In this document: positions 30,901 through 38,900 of the stretch, in pieces
Layout of the letters: each line of letters starts with the position of its first letter
Position numbering within the stretch: the first letter of the stretch is position 1
Source: a virus
Virus record (IMG/VR): IMGVR_UViG_3300042878_001080
Location: 1 to 64,000 of that record
DNA length: 64,000 nucleotides
Reading direction: 5' to 3' (one strand)
Translations under genes and position numbers: made by a program
The notes under the pieces: generated by a model
What the model saw: the letters and a program-made list of their open reading frames with translations, nothing else
Told to the model about the DNA's origin: nothing
Databases searched by the model: none

Positions 30901-31496
30901 CTTGGGTATTAACTAGAGATAGTGTTAATAATACACAAATCTATTTACCACCAACGGCAGAAGTTGTAAGAAACTTGGCATTAACCGATAACATTGCGTT
31001 CCCTTGGTTCGCGGCAGCAGGTTATACAAGAGGTATTGTAAATGCTATCAAAGCGAGAAAGAAACTTACTCAAGAAGATAGAGATGTCCTTTATCAAGGT
31101 CGTATCAACCCAATCGCCACTTTTTCTGATGTTGGTACCGTAATTTGGGGTAATAAAACTCTTCAAGTAGCACAATCCGCTCTTGATAGAATAAATGTGA
31201 GAAGATTATTACTTCAAGCTCGTAAATTGATTTCAGCAGTATCTGTAAGATTATTGTTTGAACAAAACGACCAAAAAGTAAGACAAGATTTCTTAGATGC
31301 TGTTAATCCTATCTTGGACGCTATCAGAAGAGATAGAGGTTTATATGATTTCCGAGTTACAGTATCTTCAGACACTGCTGATTTAGATAGAAATCAAATG
31401 ACTGGTAAGATTTATATCAAACCAACCAAATCATTAGAATTTATAGACATTACGTTCTATATTACTCCAACCGGAGCTTCTTTTGAAAATATATAA
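27903..31496 (+). CDS. Contractile tail sheath protein with large S/T-rich insertions
   Basis: VSPGVYTSEVD N-terminus; PWFAAAGYTRG, INPI, WGNKTLQ, RINVRRLL, IKPTKSLEFI C-terminal sheath motifs. Confidence 0.95.
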   Translation: MATNSKVFVSPGVYTSEVDLSFVAQSVGVTTLGIVGETQKGPAFEPIFIRNFDEFSTFFGGTSPEKFINTQIPKYEASYIAKAYLQQSNQLFVTRILGLSGYDAGPSWSFKTIANVDKSTVGFKCSGTTYDVTLCADVCTGYTITPFTFTFTGCNSNINTIGLSGVTSYISSNLNDTYETFNGSTSTISDNIKTQLFNIISIPSTSATSINYYGTISGSDYNTLSTTYTSETNVYGVDSVSSTNADYTDANNDPWYYSLFDNTNGSYSGFSFYNVVSDLTQTSTSSNCATFYSLSVSSATVSNTVGSINYNTNTIDVVLPSGTPTSGLTALTVMFSACTTNVKVSGVTQQSSGSTQNFSAGTKQYVLVSQDSGTTNNWTVNVTVDNPCNPATTGHTGSHNTGTITTCYSGTVSGKIYVYSGVSYTDFDDMVIATLRSRGIATYSTDSNGPAYEVTGLTDVTIDCVTSTYSNIAKNPFAEFGLNVIDKDGNSFFFETSFSESDSKYLPKVFGSSNFSKPRTTVPLFVEEKFQTLLNYGYNKGYIKGLSCDLLSLPRANSNVNSSSSIAYYLEKYQTPVSPWIVSEVRGSKVYNLFRFTTISDGNGANTEVKISISNMSFNNLTFDVLVRDFYDTDNNPVVIEKFTNCTMDSNSNSFVGQKIGTTDGEYALNSKYIMVEMNEDAPIDTLPCGFQGFKFRQYGSSNSPFPIYKTKYDYPGEVVFDPPFGLSSGSNNSTLSPGDNVRKTYLGISTGNGAGFDVDFFQYKGKQRPLNLCIDSDAAEWITLTKGYHMDKNASGITISNSYTTSGTSAYYVGDATFTTDPSDETSPYYRIYSRKFSVLVQGGFDGWDIYRESRTNTDTFKLGRRGYLNGACQDIKYPTATGWGAFKQIKVGNNTVDWGNSDYYAYLLGQQTFSNPEAVNINLFVTPGIDYTNNSDLVGDAIEMIEFNRADSLYICTTADSNLFLPTPDTAGLIYPQEAVNVLDDSGVDSNYTATYYPWVLTRDSVNNTQIYLPPTAEVVRNLALTDNIAFPWFAAAGYTRGIVNAIKARKKLTQEDRDVLYQGRINPIATFSDVGTVIWGNKTLQVAQSALDRINVRRLLLQARKLISAVSVRLLFEQNDQKVRQDFLDAVNPILDAIRRDRGLYDFRVTVSSDTADLDRNQMTGKIYIKPTKSLEFIDITFYITPTGASFENI

Positions 31497-31502
31497 TAAA
31501 AA

Positions 31503-31535
31503 AATTATGACCCATTGTAATAGTGGGTCATAATT
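31503..31535 (+). terminator. Hairpin after the sheath gene
   Basis: AATTATGACCCA-loop-TGGGTCATAATT inverted repeat. Confidence 0.65.
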
Positions 31536-31553
31536 AAGCCTTAATTAAAAATT

Positions 31554-32372
31554 ATGTTAAAAAATAGAATTGTAGAGGGTATTGACGAAACAGGTGCTCC
31601 GGATGAAAAGTATTACGCTTTTGATTGGGACGATAATATTGTTTCTATGCCGACAAAGATAATATTAAAAGATGAAGATGGTGATGAGGTTGGAATGTCA
31701 ACTGAAGATTTTGCAACATATCGAGAAGAAATTGGTAAAGAACCAGTTGAGTTTGAAGGACACACTATTGTTGGGTTCTCTAACGACCCTTTTAGATGGT
31801 TTGGAACTAAAGGTGATAAACAATTTATTGTTGATTCAATGACCGCAAAACCAGGTCCTGCTTGGCCGGATTTTGTTGAAGCAATTAATAATGGTTCAAT
31901 ATTCTCAATCGTAACAGCAAGAGGGCATACACCTTCAGTTTTAAAAGAGGCTTGTTACAATTATATTGTATCTAATTTCAACGGTATTAATTCTAATGAA
32001 TTAGTTAGAAATTTAGAAAAATATAGAGATTTAACGGATGAAGAAAACACATCTAAAAGAGAAATGATTAGAGAATATTTAGATTTATGTCGTTTTTATC
32101 CTGTAACTTATGGAGAAGGTTCCGCAACAAATCCTGAACAAGGTAAAATCAAAGCATTAGATGAGTTTGTTGAGTATGTTAAAGATATATCTAACTATAT
32201 TCAAAAAGAAGCATTTTTAAAAAATAAAATAAATAATTATTTTGTACCTAAAATAGGTTTTTCAGATGACGACTTAAAAAATGTGGATGTAGTGAAAAAA
32301 CATTTTGAACAAGACCCAGAAAATATTATTAAAACATATTCAACCGCTGGAGGAATTAAAAAAGAATATTAA
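31554..32372 (+). CDS. HAD-superfamily phosphatase-like protein
   Basis: FDWDDNI (motif I), IVTARGH (motif II), K (motif III), GFSDDD (motif IV). Confidence 0.65.
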   Translation: MLKNRIVEGIDETGAPDEKYYAFDWDDNIVSMPTKIILKDEDGDEVGMSTEDFATYREEIGKEPVEFEGHTIVGFSNDPFRWFGTKGDKQFIVDSMTAKPGPAWPDFVEAINNGSIFSIVTARGHTPSVLKEACYNYIVSNFNGINSNELVRNLEKYRDLTDEENTSKREMIREYLDLCRFYPVTYGEGSATNPEQGKIKALDEFVEYVKDISNYIQKEAFLKNKINNYFVPKIGFSDDDLKNVDVVKKHFEQDPENIIKTYSTAGGIKKEY

Positions 32373-32380
32373 AATATTTA

Positions 32381-32490
32381 TAAATAAAAATTATTAAATA
32401 AAAATTATTAAATAAAAATTATTAAATAAAAATTATTAAATAAAAATTATTAAATAAAAATTATTAAATAAAAATTATTAAATAAACTAT
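32381..32490. repeat. 14-bp pure-AT tandem repeat, 7 perfect copies plus a degenerate eighth
   Basis: (TAAATAAAAATTAT)x7 at 32381-32478, then TAAATAAACTAT. Confidence 0.95.
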
Positions 32491-32616
32491 TAATATAAAA
32501 ACTAGGATTTCTAGAATGATAGATATTTTAATTCTAAAAGTCAAGTAAAAAAAATTAAATAGGTAATATTTATAATAAACAAGATAAAAAATAAAAATTA
32601 AAAAAACAAATAGAAA

Positions 32617-33105
32617 ATGGCTGATTTATTAATGAAAATGCCCATACCGTATGAACCGAAAAGACAAAATAGGTTTATTGTACGATTCCCTTCTACATTA
32701 GGGATTAACGAATGGTTCGTAGAATCTGCCGCTAGACCACACATAACAATCAAAGACGTTGAAATACCTTTTTTAAATACTTCAACTTATGTTGCTGGTA
32801 GATTTACTTGGGGTACTATGAATGTTAAATTCCGTGACCCAATTGGACCTTCAGCGTCACAAGCTCTTATGGAGTGGGTTCGTTTATGTGCTGAGTCTGT
32901 TACAGGTCGTATGGGGTATGCTGCGGGATACAAAAAAAATATTGACCTTGAGATGTTAGACCCAACAGGTGTTGTTGTGGAAAAATGGATTTTAGAAGGT
33001 TCTTGGTTAAGTGATGTTAATTTTGACGCTTTACAGTATAGTTCAGACCAATTAGCAACAATTTCAACAACTATTCGTATGGATAGATGTGTATTAGTTT
33101 ATTAA
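32617..33105 (+). CDS. Tail tube protein (T4 gp19-like)
   Basis: YEPKRQNRF, GRFTW, YKKNIDLEMLDPTG..VEKW motifs; follows the sheath. Confidence 0.85.
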   Translation: MADLLMKMPIPYEPKRQNRFIVRFPSTLGINEWFVESAARPHITIKDVEIPFLNTSTYVAGRFTWGTMNVKFRDPIGPSASQALMEWVRLCAESVTGRMGYAAGYKKNIDLEMLDPTGVVVEKWILEGSWLSDVNFDALQYSSDQLATISTTIRMDRCVLVY

Positions 33106-33120
33106 TTTATAAAAATTAAA

Positions 33121-33160
33121 ATAAAATACCCCTACATTTAATTATGTGGGGGTATTTTAT
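33121..33160 (+). terminator. Terminator hairpin after the tube gene
   Basis: ATAAAATACCCCTACAT-loop-ATGTGGGGGTATTTTAT. Confidence 0.75.
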
Positions 33161-33208
33161 TTATATTAAAAAAATATATCGTATTATTTATAATAAAAAC
33201 AAAATTAT

Positions 33209-33964
33209 ATGGAACAAAGTTTAATAGATGCTGGAACACAAAATTTCAGCTTACCACACGATATGGTTCAATTACCGACAGATGGGGTTTTTTATAAATC
33301 AAAAAAGAAAGCGGTTAAAATTGGTTATTTAACAGCAAATGATGAAAATTATTTAATTGGTGCTGGTCGTAGTAGTGAAAACATTATTTTAAAATTATTG
33401 AGAAATAAAATGTACGAACACGACTTACGTCCTGAAGAACTTTTAGATGGTGATGTTGAGGCAATATTAATCTTTTTAAGAAATACTTCTTTTGGTTCAG
33501 AATATAGTCTTAATTTAATTGACCCAGGAACTGATAAACCATTTGTTGGTACAATTACTTTAGATGAGTTAAATTTTAGAAAAACGAATGTTAAACCGGA
33601 TGAAGATGGTACATTTACCACTAAATTACCAAAAACTGGTGTTACAGTAAAATTAAAACCAACAACTTTTAATGATACAATTGATTTAGATAAAATGGCT
33701 GAACAATATCCCGTTGGTCATCAAGTGCCAAGAATTACTTGGAAATTATTAAAACATATTGTTGAAATTGATGGTAATACTGATAGAACAAAAATAAGTT
33801 TATTTATTGATTCCTTACCAATTATGGATTCAAAATACATAAGAAAGTTTTTAAAAGAAAATGAACCGTCATTGGATTTAAAAAGAAGTGTAATCGCCCC
33901 ATCAGGAGAATTGGTATCTTTCGAGATTGCCTTTGGGGTGGAGTTTTTTCGACCTTTCTTCTAA
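33209..33964 (+). CDS. Tail/baseplate hub assembly chaperone (T4 gp26-like)
   Basis: VQLPTDGVFY, LTANDE, GDVEAILIFLR...FG..Y, FFRPFF end; lies between tube and tape measure. Confidence 0.7.
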   Translation: MEQSLIDAGTQNFSLPHDMVQLPTDGVFYKSKKKAVKIGYLTANDENYLIGAGRSSENIILKLLRNKMYEHDLRPEELLDGDVEAILIFLRNTSFGSEYSLNLIDPGTDKPFVGTITLDELNFRKTNVKPDEDGTFTTKLPKTGVTVKLKPTTFNDTIDLDKMAEQYPVGHQVPRITWKLLKHIVEIDGNTDRTKISLFIDSLPIMDSKYIRKFLKENEPSLDLKRSVIAPSGELVSFEIAFGVEFFRPFF

Positions 33965-34103
33965 TCACCGACAATTATTGATTGAGGAATACTTGTATTT
34001 GTCTCAATCAATACACGTTTCATATTCGGATTTTCATTTGATGCCAACATATGTTCGAAAATATTTAATAAACCGATTAATCGATAATAACACACCAGAC
34101 TAG
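33948..34103 (+). CDS. +1-frame extension of the chaperone (gp51/GT-like), no upstream ATG
   Basis: FDLSSNHRQLLIEEYLYLSQSIHVSYSDFHLMPTYVRKYLINRLIDNNTPD* fills the gap before the tape measure gene. Confidence 0.6.
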   Translation, partial: FDLSSNHRQLLIEEYLYLSQSIHVSYSDFHLMPTYVRKYLINRLIDNNTPD

Positions 34104-34151
34104 TAATTTAAAAACTATGTTTGGTGTATTTATTTATAAATACATTTAATT

Positions 34152-35900
34152 ATGCCGACCCCAATAGACCCAACAACACCCGCAGATAAATCGAGAGGAT
34201 TAGGGGAAACTTTATATTCTAATATTAGTCCTGAAGCAATTGCTAAAGTTGTATTAACACTTGATGCTGCTGCTAGTCAAATGTTACATCAGTTTGGACA
34301 AGGTCAAGCTATGTCCGACATTTTGCGTAAAAGTATGGCAGAATCAGTTACTGATGTTAGAAAACTAGGTGGTGATATTGCGGATGTTCTTAAAACACAA
34401 CAAGAAGCTTCCTTAGCGTTAGGTAGAAATGTTATTTTATCTAATAAAACAACTGAAGATTTATATGCTACGATGAAGGTTACGGGACAATCTGTTAAAG
34501 AGATTGTTAGTAATATGGCAGATGCGGGTATATCATCCGCAAAGGCGACAAATGAAATGTTAAAAGTGGTTAATGTTGCTCGAGAATCTGGTGTAAGTGC
34601 TGTAGCAGTTTCTGAAACGGTTTTAAAAAATATGAATGCTCTTAACAAATATAATTTTGAAGGTGGTGTTGATGGTTTGGCTAAAATGGCGGCACAAGCG
34701 ACATCGTTAAGAATTGATATGTCTCAAACATTAGGGTTTGCTGAAAAAGTGTTTAATCCTGAGGGGGCTATTGAAATTGCTGCTGCGATGCAAAGATTAG
34801 GTGTTTCTCAAAGTTCATTACTTGACCCATTAAAATTAATGGATTTATCTCAAAATGACCCGGCTGAATTACAGAATCAAATTGCTGAAATGAGCAAACA
34901 ATTTGTTCAACTTGGAAAAGACGGACATTTTGAAATTATGCCGGGGGCAAAACGACAACTGAGAGAAATTTCAAGTGCGATGGGTATAGGTTACGACCAA
35001 CTTACCAAAATGGCCTTAGGTAGTGCTGATTTAGATAAAAAAATGAAAGAAATATCTTTTCCATCAGCAACTGAAGACCAAAAGAAAATGATTGCCAATA
35101 TGGCAGAAATGGGTACGGGTGGTGAATATATGGTTAAATTTACTGATAAAGAAGGTACTTCTCAAGAAAAGGCTGTTTCTGAATTAAATAAAGATGATGT
35201 TGCCGCTCTTGAAAAAATGGCTAACACAGCACCAAAATCGATGGAGGAATTGGCTAAAGACCAATTATCAGCAATACAAGATGTTACTGCAGCAATTAAC
35301 AGTTTAGGTGATAGAACAGGTTTAGGGTTAGCTACGAGTAATCTAAGTAGTCAATTATTAAAAGGTGGTAGAAAAATTGGTGAGGCTTTAGGTGAAGTCC
35401 CTGGTAAAAATTTATCGGCGAAAAATATTGGAAAAGGTGCTGATGAAATTATAAATGATTTAAGTTCAGGGGCTAGTTTAAGTGATGTTTTGAGTAAATT
35501 TAAAAATAAATTTATTAATGAATTACATACAGCTTTTGAAAATGTTAATGAACAAATGGCTAAACTAAAAGATGAGGTACCCCTATTCAAGGTGATTAAT
35601 AGTATTAGTACGGGAACCCCAATAGGAAACACTCCAACAAATTCTAGTATACCAAAAGGTAACAATACTACAAATAACTCTCAAACATCAAATAATCCAT
35701 CAAATGTTAATGTAACATTAACTCATAATATTACAGTAACTGCTCCGGTAAATATTGATGGAAAAACAATTGTAGAAGCGTTTAAAAATAATACAGATGT
35801 TTCTCAAGCAGTTGCTCAATCAATTAAAGAAACTTTTACAAATTCTAATTTTGGAATGAATTCAGGTAAAAATGATAAAGTTGGTAATCCATGGAGTTGA
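34152..35900 (+). CDS. Tape measure-like protein
   Basis: A/M/L/K-rich helical composition; canonical position after the tube and chaperone genes. Confidence 0.65.
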   Translation: MPTPIDPTTPADKSRGLGETLYSNISPEAIAKVVLTLDAAASQMLHQFGQGQAMSDILRKSMAESVTDVRKLGGDIADVLKTQQEASLALGRNVILSNKTTEDLYATMKVTGQSVKEIVSNMADAGISSAKATNEMLKVVNVARESGVSAVAVSETVLKNMNALNKYNFEGGVDGLAKMAAQATSLRIDMSQTLGFAEKVFNPEGAIEIAAAMQRLGVSQSSLLDPLKLMDLSQNDPAELQNQIAEMSKQFVQLGKDGHFEIMPGAKRQLREISSAMGIGYDQLTKMALGSADLDKKMKEISFPSATEDQKKMIANMAEMGTGGEYMVKFTDKEGTSQEKAVSELNKDDVAALEKMANTAPKSMEELAKDQLSAIQDVTAAINSLGDRTGLGLATSNLSSQLLKGGRKIGEALGEVPGKNLSAKNIGKGADEIINDLSSGASLSDVLSKFKNKFINELHTAFENVNEQMAKLKDEVPLFKVINSISTGTPIGNTPTNSSIPKGNNTTNNSQTSNNPSNVNVTLTHNITVTAPVNIDGKTIVEAFKNNTDVSQAVAQSIKETFTNSNFGMNSGKNDKVGNPWS

Positions 35901-35948
35901 GTAACTTAAAATGGGTTATTAATCTATTTATAATAAAAGAAAAAAAAT

Positions 35949-38900
35949 ATGTCAAATAGTACATTATCATTTGCTTCATCCTCTTCGTTTAGAGATATTT
36001 TATTGGCAAAAAATTTAGCACCGTATAGTGTTAGTGGTGTATATACACCACCAGCCTCAGATATTGATACGGAAGTGTCTTTAAACAATTTTAATGTTAT
36101 TGATTCACCAAATGATTTAATTACTAATGACCCTTTTGCTCAATTACTATATCCTTTAAATGAATATGGTCCTAATGGTGGTTATGATTTAAATATTAAT
36201 TTTAATGGACCCCCACTTCCAGTAACACCAAATCAAGGTGAATATGGTCCGAATGATACTGTTTTAGATTTAGTCAATGAATTTTTTATTGACGCCGCTT
36301 ATATTGATAACTACTATGGACCTGTTGGTGGTTTTAATGATATGTATGGGGTTACTACTCAGATATTGGGACAACCTATACATCAACCTTATTTACCTAC
36401 AAATTTTGTTCCTTCATCGTATTCACCATATACAATTTTAATGTCTAATAATCCGACTGGTAGTGATGGTTCATTATCTCAGGATTCATATTTGGCTAGA
36501 TTAGGAGCAACATTTTTAAATAAGTTATTTCAAGATAGAATTAATCGAGAAATTTTTATAAATACAGTGGGTCAAGTTAATTTACAATCATTACAAGACC
36601 CTTTTGATGCTAGTTTAATGATTACCGGACAAGAACCGTTAATTTATAAAAATTGGAAGATTACATCACCGGAAAACCCTGTTACTGCCGCCGCTGATTT
36701 ATTAACAAGATTGGCGGGGGCTTATTGGCCGGTATCTTTAATTCCTGGAGATTATTTTACCGATAACACAAGAAATGGACAAACACAACAAACATCAACA
36801 GCATTAAATGTTGTTAATCAATTAACGGGGGGGTTTTTAGGGCCAATATTAAATAGTAAAAGAAATCCTTCTGAGATATTCTTGGCAAACACAGGAAATG
36901 GTCAAAGGTCTGTTTTATTTAGAAATATTAATTATAATCGATATCAACCAAATTACGATAAAAATTATGGCGGTTTATTGGGTGTTGGTCAAGCAATTGT
37001 TAGTTTAATAAACCCATTTAATGGAACTTTAGTGGGTGGTTATTATGTTGGTAGTAGAAGTGCGGAACCTTCATCAATAACATCACCCCCAAATCAAGTT
37101 CCTGTTAATGCTTTTGGACAACAAGAGGATGTTCCGGTATATGGACCATCAGAATTAGGTATTTTATATGAGGGTAATCAAGATACTCTTAAATTTGGAC
37201 TTGCAGCAAAACCATTAAGTGATGGTGGAGGTATTGACGGTCAATTTGTTTGGACATCACCAAAATATAAATCAAATGCTGGTTTTCACGCAACTCCGGG
37301 AGGTGGTTCAGGTTCATTAGATGGTGAGTTTAATTTAATTAGTAGTAATTATACTCGTGATGAATCAACTAATTTTGTGTTTAAATCAACATCTATTTTA
37401 GATGAAACTCAAAGATTAGTTAATTCTGCTGATAACGTTCAAGGTATTTCAAGATTAAAACACGTTGGTAACGCTATCAATCAAGTTAGTAAAGTATTCC
37501 ACGATGGGTATAAAGAAATGACTAAAGGTTCTCAAGTTGTGTCTTATACAGACCAAACAACGGGAGGTGAAGCTGGTATTGAATATTGTAGAGTTTTTAC
37601 AAAAGATACACCATATTACACTTATAATGATTTACAAAAAGTTGATGGTATCACAACAAGTGGAAGACAATTTGCCGGTTCGGTATTAGACAACACATTC
37701 AATTTAAATATTTCACCAACAAGAAATCCGGGTTCAACAAATATAATTGCTGATGGACCTAACGGTATTGGGGGTTATGCTAAAAAATATATGTTCTCAA
37801 TTGAGAATTTGGCTTGGAGAACATCAAGTAAACAGGGTTATACTTATGATGAATTACCTGTTTGTGAAAAAGGACCAAATGGGGGTAGAGTTATGTGGTT
37901 TCCACCATATGATATTAAATTTAATGATAATAGTACAGCTAACTGGACACCAACATCATTTTTAGGAAGACCGGAACCAATATATACATATAAAGATTCT
38001 AATAGAACGGGAACTTTAAGTTGGAAAATAATTGTAGACCATCCATCTGTTATGAATGTTCTTGTTGAAAAACAATTAAAAGGTCAAAATAAAGAAAGAA
38101 TCAATTCTATTATTGATTCATTTTTTGCTGGTTGTGTTAAGTATGATATATATGAATTGGCTAAAAAGTTTAATACGGTACCAACTAAAGATTTATATAC
38201 TTATCAACAGATATTAAATGACCCTAATTTAGATAAAAATACCGCAAAAGAAGTATTCAACAGTAATGGTTCTGTGGGTACAGTAACTAATAGTAGTACA
38301 GCTGGTAATTCTATTCCAAAAACAAATACTGACACATCAGTTGCTCACTTATTGGATGGTTATAAGAATTTAGGGTTTTATTTTGATAATGATATTCCGG
38401 GACCAAACACTAAAAAAAACCCAATTCCTAATTCAACATATAAAGCTGATTATGATAACTACACAAACAGTGTGAATCAAGACCTATATGTTGATATATC
38501 AAGTAAAACTTTTGCAATAGTTAGTACTAATAGAAATGTTAAATCTTTTTTTGATAATGTGGTTATAGATAATTTTAATAAAATTAATAATAGTTTTATT
38601 GAGGATGCTTTTAAAATTTTGAGTGAAAATAAAGGTGTTATTAAAATTTCTTTAGCTAGTTCTGCATCAGCACCGGCACAGGATGATTATAATGTTACAT
38701 TATCTGTTAGAAGAAAAAATTCAGTTATTGAATATTTTAAAAATACTAAATTGGCGAAATTTATTACAGAATCTAAAACATTAATTTTTGAAGGGAATAC
38801 TGACAACGGTGAAATTGAAACAATTTCATTTCCACAAACCTCAAATGGGGTTTTTGGTTCCTCAGTTGATTGCCATCAAGATATTATGTCTCAATCAAAT

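Noticed and set aside
32381-32490. CRISPR array
   Set aside because: Units are contiguous 14-mers with no spacers, and no cas genes are present.
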